64,000 bases of DNA from contig OZ024752.1 of assembly GCA_964016885.1 (NCBI GenBank), forward strand, positions 16,926,001 through 16,990,000. The letters run 5' to 3'. The notes under the pieces were generated by a model. The model was not told the DNA's origin. It saw only the letters and a list, made by a program, of their open reading frames with translations, and ran no database searches. Below, piece after piece: positions 49,840 through 64,000 of this stretch (its first letter is position 1; each line of letters begins with the position of its first letter). The position numbers and the translations under genes were made by a program. The stretch comes from Eledone cirrhosa. Its lineage: Eukaryota.

Positions 49840-50210
49840 ATCATCCCTTCCTTCCTCAGTCATCCCTTGTGCGTGACGTCTCACCCCTTCCTTCCACAGT
49901 CATCTCTAGTGCGTGACGTCATCACCCCTTCCTTCCTCAGTCGACGTAATCCCTCTTCCTTCCTCAGTCGACGTTATCACCCCTTCCTTCATCAGTAGAC
50001 GTTATCACCCCTTCCTTCCTCAGTCGACGTAATCACCCCTTCATTTCTCTGTCGATGTAATCACCCCTTCCTTCCTCAGTCGACGTAATAAACCCTTCCT
50101 TTCTCAGTCGACGTAATACCCCTTTCCTTCCTCAGTCGACGTAATACCCCCTTCCTTTCTCAGTCGACGTAATACCCCCTTCCTTCCTCGGTCATGACTA
50201 GTATGTGACG
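49840..50210. repeat. ~28-bp minisatellite (ccccttccttcctcagtcgacgtaatca)
   Basis: About 12 degenerate tandem units. Confidence 0.9.
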
Positions 50211-50294
50211 GAGACTAATTTTAAATGTAATAAATAACGAAAAATTTAGCGGAGGTACATAAGGAATTATGTCGACCCAGTTCTGCTTGAAGCG

Positions 50295-50375
50295 TTGAGT
50301 TATGGCCTTTAAGTTCTGAGTTCAAATCCCGCCGAGGTTAACTTCGCCTTTCATCCTTACGGGGTCGAAATGGTT
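50295..50375 (+). mobile_element. tRNA-derived SINE fragment
   Basis: B-box-like gagttcaaatcc followed by gcctttcatccttacggggtcga. Confidence 0.65.
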
Positions 50376-50440
50376 TAAGCATACATATATGTGTATATGT
50401 ATATGTGTGTGCAAATATATATATATTTATATATATATAT

Positions 50441-50873
<433 letters not shown>

Positions 50874-51238
50874 ATAGAATTAGAATTTCGTATTTCTTTA
50901 GAAATACGTAATCCAAATATATATAAATATATATATATGAGTTCGGATCTAGCTGGTGAAACAACCGGAACTCAGCTGTCAGGGTCCTGACTTTTCCTAT
51001 TACCCATTCTACTAATCTAAGTATCGAGTACACTAGTACCTTATGGTCCACCTGGTTTCTCTAGCTTCACGCATAGCACCAGTAATGTACTGGGGTAATT
51101 GTTGGCATTCTGCCAAAACTAGAAACAATTATTGGAGGAAATTACACCCGGCAGCATCGAAATGGTTTAAGCATGCACATATATGCGTATATATGTGTGT
51201 GTGTGAATATATATATATTTTTTCTTTTTGAATATATA

Positions 51239-51948
51239 TCTATATATATAAAAAGATGAAGTTTTCTGTATGTGTATGTGGACAATTTTTAATGAGGGCT
51301 CATATATTCTAAACCATTCATGCGATTTCTTTTAAATTTTTTACAGAGCTTCTCCTTGCACAAAACCTGTACATGATCTACAAAGGCTTTCAAAAATCGA
51401 TATTGGGACCTTTGGAGACATTAAAAAAGTTTCGGTTATTTGTGTGAATTTTCGAGATTACGTAAGACAAGAGTTATCTTTAAGTGAAGACAAGAGTTAC
51501 CTTTCATAATTCGGCTCATTCGGATTTTAATTTACTCTTTGTACTTGAAACAAAAGCTACGCTTCCTTGAGACTAACAATATCATTTTGTATATTTTACA
51601 ACCAGCAATTTCTAACAGATTACTAAGTTAAGTTATAGATTTGACATTGTATAATTTATCGTTTCAAGCTTGATGTTCATACATTAAGTGATGACATAAC
51701 TTTTATAATATTATGCTTTGTACATAATAGTGTCTATTATTCACTTCACTTCTCTATTTCATGATACGCTTTTACTGTTGTCAAAAAAGACACCGAGATC
51801 ACATATTAATTATTTCGCTGGAATAGTGCCTAAGGTTTTCATGTTTACATAAAGTACGTTTTTCTTCTATGTATGCAAATTTACTTTTAGTTTAATGAGC
51901 TACATCGAAAGCTACTTGAACCGTCCAAAGGACGGGTAGTTTAAGTAG
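51239..51948 (+). mobile_element. Non-autonomous Helitron
   Basis: 5' A|TCTATATATATAAAA; 3' hairpin CCGTCC-AAA-GGACGG ~10 nt before a degenerate GTAG|T. Confidence 0.62.
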
Positions 51949-52656
51949 TATAGAATAGAATTAGAATTTAGCTTCGAGCATAGCTGTATACAAATATGTA
52001 TTTGAATTTCGTATTTCTAAAGAAATACGGTATGTTTATAACTAAACATTTACAAAAGCCGTAGCTTAAGTTTTTTGTTATACACGTACCGTATTTCTGG
52101 TTTCATTAGCTTCACCCATAGCTGTATACATACATGTATTGAAATGTATGTTTATCCATAAACGTACATACATATGTATGGATAATAAACATACATATAT
52201 ATGTTTATCCCAAGTGTCTGCTTGGTAATCTGCTCAAAATAAATGTTTGGCTTATTTTATTATATGAGAAAATTCTTTCTTTTTCCAACACCACCACCTC
52301 CACCCTTCCATTACCATCATCGTCATCACCACCACCAACACCACTATCATTATCATCTTCGTCACCACTACTGTCACTAGTACTACCGTAGCCACCAACC
52401 ACAACCATTTCACTACATCTCACCCCTTTCTCCTGTTCCGATCTTAAACACAGACTGAAATCCATACCTTTCGCAAATCTTTCCCTCTCTCTATCTCTTT
52501 CCTTTTCTCTCCCATTCTCTTTCTCTCACTATATCTCCCCTACACTCTCTCTTCCATTCTCTCTCTGATATTTTCTCTCTCCAACACTCCCTTTCTCTCG
52601 CAGACTATCTTTCCCTCTCGCTCTCTCATTCTCACCCTCTCATTCCATTTACCTCT

Positions 52657-53104
52657 AATGAGGAATCTGCAGATACTCCATCCTGACTATCCCTTCAGAT
52701 TTATACCTGTGATTATTGGAACACTGGGATATGTTAGTAACTGCCTCAGTACAAATCTTGATAAGCTGGACTTCACAGAACCAGAAAGAACACAATTAAT
52801 TAGGAAATTACAAGTACAATCCATTAATAGAACAGTAAAAATATGTAAAACATTCCAAAAATTCTTCATGTAAATATTGCATGTACACATGTACAGATAC
52901 AAAACATATGACCATGCACACATATAACTCAAAATATCTACATCCACACATACAATAACATCCATACCTACACACACACACGCCTGCAGATATACATACA
53001 TAACTACCTATTTGATGTTGAGTAAATTCCAATGAAAGAATCTTGTATCTATGTCAGAAACCGACTCTCTATTGGTAAAAATATATAAGAAATTATAAAA
53101 CCAG

Positions 53105-53105
<1 letters not shown>
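52657..53105 (+). mobile_element. 3' fragment of a second RLE-type LINE
   Basis: FIPVIIGTLG..IRKLQ..TVKICKTF C-terminus resembles the RLE ORF end. Confidence 0.7.
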
Positions 53106-53176
<71 letters not shown>

Positions 53177-53212
53177 GTTGAAAATTGCAAACTTGACTGT
53201 CACCACATATTA

Positions 53213-53251
53213 TGAACCTGAAGATTGCGAAAGCATGAAAGTACTTGTTCA
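53213..53251 (+). ncRNA. Minimal type I hammerhead, canonical core
   Basis: TGAAC-CTGAAGA-TTGC.GAAA.GCAT-GAAA-GTAC-TT-GTTCA. Confidence 0.82.
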
Positions 53252-53442
53252 ATTAACACATGAAAGTACTTGTTCAATTAACACTTAGAATTTAATATTC
53301 TATCATACTATTTCATTATAATACCATTATAAATTTTAAAGGATTGTAAATAAAACGAGTAAATCAGACAAAGTTGGAATTCCTCTTATTAATATAATCT
53401 TCTATACACAATCATACACACCCGTGTATCTCTCTCTCTCTC

Positions 53443-53515
<73 letters not shown>

Positions 53516-53820
53516 GTATGAGACGTAGCTCCGTTTAATTGATTATTTGTCTAGTTAAGTGCTACGGGCTAAGAGGAAAGACTGGATACATTTTATCTTA
53601 CTGATCCTCGGGGAGAATAGTCGGTATCATTTGTCTATTATTTCTTCGAAGTTACATTTAAAACTTATAGATCAGTTTAAATGATTATTTATCTAATTGA
53701 TTTCTACGGACTAGGGTGAAGAAAGATTGGGTGTATTTTATCTAATAATTCTTCAAACTTACAATTTTATATATATATATATATGTATATATATATACAA
53801 ACATACATACATACATACTT

Positions 53821-53905
<85 letters not shown>

Positions 53906-54194
53906 ATGTATATATACTAGACCACCCGTGACCAGTTGGGTCACGTTCGTTTCAAAATATTTTTTAAATAATTAAAATATACACAGACATGTATATAATA
54001 TGTGAAATGGAACTGGAAGGCCCATACATATATGCGTGTGTATATATATATAGGAACAAGTAAGAACCCGACGGCTGAGCTCAAGCCGTTTCGACGGCTA
54101 ATTCTGGACTGTTCCTATTACCCACTCTACTACCCTAAGTATTGAGTACTTTGGTGCGTTATGGTCCACCTGGTTCCTTACCACTTTTCCTTCG

Positions 54195-54228
<34 letters not shown>

Positions 54229-54327
54229 AATTAGTATATCTACCAACATATGTATACCTATGCTAGCAAATATATATGTTATGTCTTAGTAACTTTGTGG
54301 TTCTATGCAAGGGGATGCAGAACAATT

Positions 54328-54602
54328 ATATGAAAGACGTAAAATAAGAAAATTATTAAAATTAACTTACTTACTAAAATTTTCACTCCAACTAATTAGT
54401 TTCTGTAAGGGAATAAATATAGTTACGCAACGCAACCATAGAGAAATCCTTACGTCATCAGGGAGTCTATTCTCAGCTAAGGATTTCTCTATGGTTGCGT
54501 TGCGTAACTATATTTATTCCCTTACAGAAACTAATTAGTTGGAGTGAAAATTTTAGTAAGTAAGTTAATTTTAATAATTTTCTTATTTTACGTCTTTCAT
54601 AT
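54328..54602. mobile_element. Foldback element (arms 54328-54452 / 54478-54602) with HHR
   Basis: ~125-bp perfect inverted repeat ending in (TA)n. Confidence 0.82.
54385..54466 (-). ncRNA. Hammerhead, canonical core, long stem II, palindromic stem III
   Basis: Reverse complement reads ACTCC-CTGATGA-CGTAAGG...CCTTACA-GAAA-CTAATTAG-TT-GGAGT. Confidence 0.82.
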
Positions 54603-55304
54603 ATATATATATATGAATAAAGTTAGTCCTTCATCAGTGATCTTCCAACCTTCATTGGTATTTCATCGCTTTATAGACCATATACCTCCGGTTGGTGCGA
54701 GCAACGGCTAAAGAAAGTCGTTGGGACACGTAAATAAGGGGAACGAGCGAGACTGTAAACAAACAAAGATGGTAATGCAACGAAAAGTGAGGAAGAAAGA
54801 GTCAAGGCCCAGATTTCCATGAATATAAGTTCGGTGAAATCGTGAACGAGAGAGAATAAAGACCATCAAACCTAGTCGAAATGTGACCCAGGAAGGAATT
54901 TCGCACAGGTCAAACGGGAGGAAGAAGGAGTCTAGTCCCTTAATTCGGTGAACATAAGTTCTGTGAAATTATAGACAAGAGAGAAAAAAGGAACAACCAG
55001 CCTGGTCAAGCGTGCGCGAGAAAAGAATTACGCACAGGTGAAACGGGAGGAAGTAGGAGAGGTAGTAGCAGAGAGTGAGTGAGTGAAGGGCGATGAAGAG
55101 GCTAACAGAGAGAGTGACTGTTAGAGAGGGTAAAGGGAGGTGAAAGATACAGAGAAAGAGGAAGCAGTAAGAACGAATATATATATATATATATTGGTAA
55201 ACGGAATAGAAAATGCTGACAAATTGTTCACAGTGGAAAATAGTTTAATTAGGAATAAATGAGAATTAGTAATTGTATTGGTTAGTATTCAGTTTTGGTT
55301 TTAA

Positions 55305-55345
55305 GTTTTACCGGTTGCGCATTTCTAAATGCTTTTCAAAAATAA
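55305..55345 (-). ncRNA. Decayed U3-A8 hammerhead (GAAA changed to GCAA)
   Basis: Reverse complement reads TTT-TTGAAAA-GCATTT.AG.AAATGC-GCAA-CCGG-TA-AAA. Confidence 0.5.
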
Positions 55346-55699
55346 TTTTGAGATAGAGCGTCCGTGATGTTTGCTCCGATCTGATTAGTTTTGGGAATTC
55401 TACCTGTTTTTATGTTAAAAAAGTGGCTCCAGCGCTATTAAAATTGGTTTTTGCGCCAATTCGTGTTGCAAAAATTCTTGTGGTCAAAACAATTTTAATT
55501 GGTCGGTAGAGGTCATGTGAATGTAAAAAATTGATTTTGCGCCAAGACTGAGAAATGACTCTTTCACAACAAATATGTGTGTGTGTGTGTATGTGTGTGT
55601 GTGTGTGTAGTTGTAGTAAAGTGTTCGTTGTTGTGATAATGGTTAGCAGGGATGTGTGTGCGAACCGCAGCCTGTTGACAGTTCAAATGCTTATTAAGA

Positions 55700-55778
<79 letters not shown>

Positions 55779-55958
55779 CAGAGTAATTCGTGGTAGAGGG
55801 ATGGTCAGTAGGAATGTGTCTGTAAGTGAGTGGGGGATATTTTAACATGTTAAAAGATATTTTTCAGCTGTCTTATACGGAGAAGTGTGTGTGTGTGTGT
55901 GTGTATGTGTGTGTTTGTATATAAGTATCTTTGTATGTTAATGTACGCGTGTGTATGT

Positions 55959-55991
<33 letters not shown>

Positions 55992-56304
55992 AGAATGTGT
56001 GTGTGTGTGTGTGTGGGTGGACCAGTATTTTTTTCCTGGTAAAATGGTGTACATTATTCGATATTTTCAGTAAAATCGATTCTCTCAATAGAACATCAAA
56101 AACCTTAACAATAAAAGGTGTGAAATGATATTCACTATATATATATATATATATATATATACCTATATTCACTATATATATATATTTTTTTTTGTGTTGC
56201 ACCATAGAACATGTGTGTTTACGTATGTCATTGTGTTTATATGTGGGTAGAGATGTGTGCTGATGTAGGTATGTATGTTGACGTGTGTATGTTGTGGGTT
56301 CGTC

Positions 56305-57380
56305 TTAGGGAGAAGTGTTTAGACGGGGTCCGTATTTGTTAATAAAGTAAGATTCCTTGCTGATGCGCTGGGTGTGGGTGGCATTATCTTTAAATTTGCA
56401 GAGGGGAAAGATTCTGAAGTTGGGATGATTTTGGGCGGCACAGGTATCAATGTGTTCACTCAGTGGTATTTTCCTGTATTCCCGTATTTTAATTTGGGAT
56501 CTATGGACAGTCATGCGTTGGCGGAGGCTGTTTTTGGTCTGGCCTATGTATTGTTCTCGACAACCTGAGCAAGTTAATACATATATTAGATTTTCCAATG
56601 CACATGTGAAATTGTGTTTTACTATAAAACGTTGTCCTTCTTTGAAATAGAATTCCGAACCCTCTATTAGGTTGATGCAAATGCCACAGTTGGGTCTATC
56701 GCATTTTTTTACTGTGGGTTTCGTTGTTGTGGTTGGCAGTACTTTGGCATGTGTTAGGATGTTTTTCATTGACTTAGATTGTCTTTTGCTCTTTATGATA
56801 TCGTGTGTTCGTAGGATTTGGTTCATTCTATGGTCCTTTTTCAACACAGGGATGTTCTGGAGGATGGTGTCGAAGGCCTCATTGTTGAGGGGGTTGTGTG
56901 TGGAACTTTTAGTTTCGGTTGATTTACTTTAGGGTGTCTAAGGTCCTGGGTACTGAGTTTTAGGGCACGTTGGAATCAATTGTCAATTAGTGATGCAGGG
57001 TAGTCCCTGCCTATGAGTGTGTCCTTTAGTTCTTGTAGCCGTAAGTAGCAGGTGTTTTTATTGGAGACTATAGTACAGATTCTCTTGGCTAAGTTGTAGG
57101 GAATATTAATTTTAACGTGTCTAGGGTGGCAAGAGTTGAAAGGAAGATATTGCTTGGAGTCTGTGGGCTTGTAGTATATGTCTGTTTCTATTTTTTGTTA
57201 TGGATCTTAATGAGGATGTCGAGGAAGGGGAGTTGTTGATGGCTGTATTCCATCGTGAAGTTAATATTCGTGTTGAGCCCATTTATAAGGGTGTAAAATT
57301 CTTTAAGTTTTTCGATGTTTTCGTGCCAAAGGATGAAGCAGTCATCTAGATATCGCTTCCAGGGGTTTGGGGATGTGCTG
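56305..57380 (-). pseudogene. PLE (Neptune-like) RT C-terminus + GIY-YIG, disrupted
   Basis: WKRYLDD, LPFLD, CDRPNCGIC, FTC..NLIY.LTC..C..QYIGQT..LRQRMTVH. The 3' region may extend to ~55190, which would place the HHR at 55305 in its pLTR. Confidence 0.85.
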
Positions 57381-57382
57381 AA

Positions 57383-58000
57383 CAACTCCTAATCAACAAA
57401 ACTGCGATGTCGGAGGTGCGACAACTTAGGAGGAATATGACTACAGTCTGGCTGGACTACAGGAAAGCTTTCGATTCTTTTCCCCACTCTTGGATGATAG
57501 AGGCCCTCCAACTTGCTAATGTCCCAGACATTATTGTCAGAGCCATAGAGAGGATGTCTTCTTCTTGGGCTACTATCCTAAGGTTAAAGACAGAGAGGGA
57601 GAACTCTATTTTCACTGATAAAATAAAATATTGCAGGGGTATATTTCAGGGGGACACTCTCTCTGTGATATTATTCATCTTGTTATTAAACCCCTTGTCC
57701 TTTCTGCTCAAGAACTGTGAGGGATACATCATTGGCTCACAGGAGGACAGAAATACGAACCTAACCCATAATTTCTTTGTGGACGATCTGAAACTCTATG
57801 CCAAGAACATGGATGGGCTGAAGAAAAATCTTGACCTGGTTACAACGTTCTCAAAGGATATAGGAATGGAGTTTGGCCAAGATAAATGCTCATACATGAC
57901 TGTAAAGCGGGCAAAAACAACAACCCAATCTAGCAACATTGTCATCAATGGCCTGACTGTTTCACCGATATCTTATGAGGACTGCTACAGATACCTGGGG
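57383..58000 (+). pseudogene. RT fragment of an RLE-type LINE
   Basis: WLDYRKAFDS.PHSW, GIFQGDTLS, FFVDDLKLY, YRYLG. Confidence 0.85.
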
Positions 58001-58525
58001 ACAGAATTCATAGTTGGAGCATACACACTCACCAGGGTAGCATATCTTCCCTTGTCCAGCGGAAATCTCATGGGCATAAGACGCTCACTAATCCCTACTG
58101 GGAACTCTTCTAATTTATTCACAAGTACAGTCTTAACAGCAAATCCTACCCCAGCCTCTCTTCTGGTTCCTTCATCTCTTCCTTTCCAGAAGAATGTATA
58201 TTCTCCACAAAATTCCGTAAGATGACCATCTCCAGCTAACCTCGTCACAGATAAAGCCACGATGTCAAGATCGTAACGTCGAAGCTCCTTTGCAACAACA
58301 GCGGTCCTTCGTTCAGGACGCTCCAAAGAATCCCTGTCAAGCAGCGTCCGTACGTTCCAGCAGCCAAGACTAAATGCCCTGTTTGGCTCTATTACAATGG
58401 CACGATGACGAGCGGGCCCAGGCTGTGATAACTTGGGGCCCCTGCCCTTATTGCCAATGATCTTTTTTGTTCCAGAACCTAAATTGCCAATTATCTCTTT
58501 TACATTGTTCTGGAACATCATTGAA
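58001..58525 (-). pseudogene. RTE LINE 5' fragment (APE N-terminus)
   Basis: WNVRTLLD...RPERRTA.VAKEL.RYDLDIVALS.TR, YTFFWKG, GVGFAV, VYAPT. Confidence 0.85.
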
Positions 58526-58529
58526 TTGG

Positions 58530-58561
<32 letters not shown>

Positions 58562-58566
58562 TAATA

Positions 58567-58623
<57 letters not shown>

Positions 58624-58625
<2 letters not shown>

Positions 58626-61507
58626 GATTTGTAGACAGGAAAAAGTTAAAAGAAACAACAGCTAAGGTAAACAAAGTCATCCCATACCTTGAGGCGAGGA
58701 GTCTTCACCAGTGCAACAATATCCTCAAAGCAACAGCAAATACGGTGAGGAAACTACTTGGTATAAAAGCGAGAGGAAACAACAGACAAGAAAGAGCAGA
58801 GCCGTGGTGGAAGAAGCGACTGAGTGGGCAAATCGGGGAAATGAGAAATGACATAGGAAAGCTTGAGTCACTACTGAATGGGACACTAAAAAACATAGGC
58901 ACTAAAAATAGACTGGAAATAAAATACAAAACTAGGAGTAAAAAGCTAAATATTATCATAGAGGAATTGAAGCAACGCATTGTAGCAAAGAGTGCCAAAA
59001 TCAGGCGATACGAGAACAGAGTCAGTCAGTATAAACAGAACCGCATGTTCGACAACAACCAGAAGATGCTGTTTGGACAGCTTGAGGGGAAAGAAAGAGG
59101 CACCGACTTGATCCCTGGGGCGGAACAAGCTAAAACATTCTGGAGAGGAATATGGGAGCAGGATGTTAGACACAATGCCCAGGCAGGGTGGATTGAGACA
59201 GTACAGAGGGAGATCGGTGAGCAGGCACAGCAACAGACTGATTTGAGTATCACAGTTGAAACTCTTAAGGGGCAAGCCAAAAAACTAACCAACTGGAAAT
59301 CACCAGGCCCAGATGGTGTGCAGGGGTATTGGATTAAACATTTAACATCCCTCCACCCGAAGCTGACGGCCATGTTCAATGACTGCTTGGTGTCGGGTGA
59401 GGTGCCAGAGTGGTTGACAAAAGGTACCACAGTTCTGATAATGAAAGACCGAATCAAGGGTAATGATGTTACCAACTATAGACCTATCACATGTCTGCCC
59501 GTAATGTGGAAACTGTTGACGAGCATTGTGTCTGAGGAAATCTACCATCACCTCCACACAAACAACTTGTTGCCGGACGAACAGAAAGGATGCCGAAAGA
59601 AGTCACGTGGTACAAAGGACCAGTTGCTTATTGATAAGATGGTAATGGGGAATTGCAGGAGGAGACACACTGATCTTGCCATGGGATGGATAGACTACAG
59701 AAAGGCATTTGACATGGTGCCTCATTCCTGGATCACCAAAAGCCTGGAGATCTTCAGGGTGGCAGATAACATCAGACAGTTGCTGGGCAGGAGTATGGGG
59801 TCCTGGGAGACAGAGTTGACATCAACTGGAGTATCCTTGGGAAGCGTGAAGATCAAGAGAGGTATCTTCCAGGGAGATAGCCTGTCCCCTCTGTTGTTTG
59901 TCCTTGCCCTGATGCCCTTGACCATTATGCTGCGAAAAGTGAGAGCAGGATACAAGTTGGGAAGGGGAGAGCTTACCATCAATCACCTCCTCTTCATGGA
60001 CGATCTTAAGCTCTTCGGGAAAAGTGAGAAGGAGTTGGATGTGCTTGTTGACACTGTCCGTATTTTCAACAGTGATATATGTATGCAGTTTGGTATTGGT
60101 AAATGTGGAGTCATTGTGATGAGGAGGGGTAGGTTGAGCAGAAGTAACGGGATCCAGATACCAACAGGTGAGATGATAAAGGAAATTGACTCTGAGGAAG
60201 GATACAAGTATTTGGGCGTTCTGGAGGCTGATGGCATAAAGAACAAAAAAATGAAGGAATTGTTAAGAACTGAATACATTCGGAGAGTAAGGAGCGTATT
60301 GAAGTCACATCTGAACAGCAGAAATGCCATAAGCGCAGTAAATTCCCGAGCTGTGTCTATTATTAGGTACAGTGCGGGAATTCTGAGATGGAATGTTGCT
60401 GAACAAAAAGAAATGGATAGGAAGACTAGGAAGCTATTGACTATCTACAACATGTTCCACAAGAGGAGTGATGTCGATAGACTCTACCTAAGGAGATCTG
60501 AGGGTGGAAGAGGTCTTATCAGCATAGAGGACTGTGTTCAGATGGAGAAAAACAACCTATACAAATACGTGACCTATAGTAAGGAGCCAATGCTCAGAGC
60601 TGTACTGAAGGAGGGGACAGTAGGCCAGGGGATACCCAAGGAGGAAATAACATCAAGGAGGAAGAGCAGCCTTAAGGGAAAATCCCTTCATAGTACCTTC
60701 TTTGAGAAAACTGAATTTAGAGATCCACAGACATGGAACTGGTTGAGAAGAGGAGACCTCAAAAAGGCTACAGAAGGAATGCTAATGGCTGCGCAGGAGC
60801 AGGCCCTCAAAACGAAGTGGTTGAAGCACCATATCTACAAGGAGGAGGCTAGCCCACTGTGCAGGATCTGTGGAGAGAGAGAGGAGACTGTGGCTCACAT
60901 TGTGTCCGAGTGTAAACACCTAGCCCAGACCCACTATAAGGGCTGGAGACACGATGTGATGGGCAGGGTGATCCACTGGCACCTGTGCAAAGTAAACAAT
61001 CTACCACATTCTGAGAAATGGTATGAGCATAGGCCAGAGGCGGTGATGGAGAACAGTCAGGTGAAGGTGCTGTGGGATTTTAGGATACAGACGGACAAAA
61101 AACTGGAACACAATAGACCTGACCTGGTGGTTGTGGACAAAGAAAAAAGATCGTGCCTGATTGTGGATGTGGCCTGCCCGTTCGACACGAGAGTGCAAGA
61201 GAAGGAGAGGGAGAAAATTAACCGATACCAGGACCTAAAGTGGGAGGTGAAAAGGATTTGGAACTGCCATGAAGTCAAAGTGATCCCGATTGTCATAGGC
61301 GCACTGGGGACTATCTCCAAAGGTTTCCAGGGATGGTTAAAGAAAATCGGCCCCTTCACGCTTTTTGGAACGCTTCAAAAGGCATGCTTGCTTGGAACGG
61401 CAAGAACCCTCCGATACGTCCTGAATATCTGAGGCTGCAGGTAGTGGCTTGATATTCAATCCAACGGACTTTCCAGTTAACCAACATCAATGACTGAGAT
61501 TCAAGGA
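58624..61507 (+). mobile_element. 5'-truncated R4/Dong-like copy (open frame to 61432) between (TAA)n tracts
   Basis: Almost identical to 41709-44592; (TAA)n at 58558-58623 and 61508-61535. Confidence 0.95.
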
Positions 61508-61532
61508 ATAACAATAACAATAATAATAATAA

Positions 61533-62025
61533 TAATCGCTCCCGTAAGTTTTGAATTTTTAACATATTTAAATCATTTGTGAAATAACAACTCTTAGTAC
61601 AAATGCTACGTAAAGCACCCGGCTTGAGCCCCAAAAAATTCGGACCCAAAATATATTGTTATAAGGCTCAAATATTCAAATATTCAACTTTGTATTGTAC
61701 ACTGTATATCCAAAAAAAAATGGCTATAAATGGAAGAAGAAGAACCCCCCCTCCTCTCCTCTGGCTACACTATATAGGACAGCTAAACTCACCAACACCA
61801 GAAACTAGATACACCGCCCACCCCATCATCTGTGTACACTAAACACAACAGCATTTTCACCTTCACCGCCACCGCTCACTACGGCCATCATTACCACCAC
61901 TATCCCATCACCGCCGCCACCACCCCTTGACTCCTTCACTGCTGCTGCCACCGCTACAGCACCATCACTACAGTAATACGGCTCAAATATTCAAATATTC
62001 AACTTTGTATTGTACACTGTATATC

Positions 62026-62058
<33 letters not shown>

Positions 62059-64000
62059 AAATGGCTATAAATGGAAGAAGAAGAACCCCCCCCTCCTCTC
62101 CTCTGGCTACACTATATAGGACAGCGAAACTCACCAACACCAGAAACTAGATACACCACCCACCCCATCATCTGTGTACACTAAACACAACAGCATTTTC
62201 ACCTTCACCGCCACCGCTCACTACGGCCATCATTACCACCACTATCCCATCACCGCCGCCACCACCCCCTGACTCCTTCACTGCTGCTGCCACCGCTACA
62301 GCACCATCACTACAGTAATACGGTCGCATCACCGCCACCACTGCCTCGGTATCGACATCACCGCCACCACTGTCTCAGTATCGCCAGCGCCGCTAGTCTC
62401 TGCTGGCTACCACTTCCACATTATAGAATTCCTACTACTAACAAAGAGGAAGGCATCAAAATATATAGATAGACTCAAAAGAAAAAAGAAAAAACAAACA
62501 ACAAAAGCAGCACAGCAACAACAGTAAAAAACGAGAAAAACAGAGAAAAACAAAAACAAAAAAAGAAACCCCAAAAACGTAAAGAAAATAAGAATGAAGA
62601 GAGAAGCAGGCGGACGGACAGAGAAGAGGGGGGAAAAAGTAAAACTTAAAAAACAAAAACTAAGTCGGACATTCGAATACTACATTACAATGAAACTTAT
62701 GCTTATTCATTTTTGGGGCCCTTTCTGCCCGTGTGTTTGTTTGTTTATGTGTGTCCGTATACAGCGTGGTGATAATGCCACACAAGGGCCAAGTGGGATG
62801 GCGGATCCACAGATGGCTATGTAAACATACATTCGCCAATCCTCGATAAGAGTGTTTAAATATCGAACATAAACAGTTCGAATAACGGTGAAATGGAGAC
62901 TAGAACGTCATGTGACAGACTCTCACCCAACAGGTGCCCCCTGGCTCAGCAGCAGGAACCTGACTGTCAACCAAATACTGCTGATGTTGGAGGAAGGAGA
63001 AGAAGGAAAGGGGCCAGAACCAACTGGACGAAAGAATTGAATAGAACTGTTATGCAATGTTACCTGAAAAGTAACCCCAAGGAGAGGGGCTACAGGAGAC
63101 GGATGCATAACATCTGGAACGAGATTGGTTTATTTAAATTAGATGAACAAAAATTGGCCGGGCAGGCTCGGGTAATAAGAACTAATGGATGGATAAGCGA
63201 GCTGGAACTGGAGGAACTGAGCAGAGAGAATGGCTTGGAGATGGCGGGTGTAGTATGCCAGACAAGCGAGCCAGTGGGAAATGAAGGTGAAGAGGTCCTG
63301 AGAACGGAGGAACCACCCGAAGCAGACAATGATCTGAATACTGAGATAAATAATACCTGGAACAGAGATACGGCCACCGAGGAGATGAATGCTGACGGGC
63401 TAGGACAAGATTCGGTTGACATCCTAAATTTAGTGGTAGATGAATTGAACAATGATAGTGGGAGACCTATGAACCTAAGATTTGTAGACAGGAAAAAGTT
63501 AAAAGAAACAACAGCTAAGGTAAACAAAGTCATCCCATACCTTGAGGCGAGGAGCCTTCACCAGTGCAACAATATCCTCAAAGCAACAGCAAATACGGTG
63601 AGGAAACTACTTGGTATAAAAGCGAGAGGAAACAACAGACAAGAAAGAGCAGAGCCGTGGTGGAAGAAGCGACTGAGTGGGCAAATCGGGGAAATGAGAA
63701 ATGACATAGGAAAGCTTGAGTCACTACTGAATGGGACACTAAAAAACATAGGCACTAAAAATAGACTGGAAATAAAATACAAAACTAGGAGGAAAAAGCT
63801 AAATATTATCATAGAGGAACTGAAGCAACGCATTGTAGCAAAGAGTGCAAAAATCAGGCGATACGAGAACAGAGTCAGTCAGTATAAACAGAACCGCATG
63901 TTCGACAACAACCAGAAGATGCTGTTTGGACAGCTTGAGGGGAAAGAAAGAGGCAACGACTTGATCCCTGGGGCGGAGCAAACTAAAACATTCTGGAGAG
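61533..64000 (+). mobile_element. Third R4/Dong-like copy; 5' UTR has an internal ~310-bp duplication; ORF from 62893 runs off the window
   Basis: Matches 40115 onward; ATGGAGACTAGA at 62893; 61668-61981 is repeated at 61981-62322. Confidence 0.93.

Noticed and set aside
49840-50210. CRISPR-like look of the ~28-bp repeats
   Set aside because: No unique spacers, eukaryotic context and no cas genes; it is a minisatellite.
54620-54645. CTGATGAAGGAC on the minus strand
   Set aside because: No GAAA, stem III or stem I partner before the TA run; at most a truncated HHR.

Overview
Repeat-saturated animal genomic DNA. The SINE tails, (TA/CA)n runs and TE mix look cephalopod/Octopus-like (inference). 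There is one clear host gene: a minus-strand GT11 alpha-1,2-fucosyltransferase exon (47924-49278) with a 54-bp mucin-like VNTR stem. The rest is retroelements sorted by microsatellite. Three tandem Tx1/L1-type LINEs are bounded by (TATC)n. A young R4/Dong-like RLE-LINE family is nested in (TAA)n, including one intact 1130-aa ORF. Several Penelope-like elements (PLEs) with inverted pLTRs lie in (TA)n. There are also decayed RTEs, Helitron pieces and SINEs. The most notable hidden layer is about 20 type I hammerhead ribozyme (HHR) motifs, read by eye, from at least 8 sequence families. Many have non-canonical but apparently compensated cores (U3-A8, C4, A4), palindromic stem III, or very long stem II. 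They sit in PLE pLTRs, in short non-coding foldback elements, and in a ~320-bp tandem retrozyme-like unit that carries an octamer motif. No folding or database searches were run, ribozyme activity is untested, and element boundaries are approximate.
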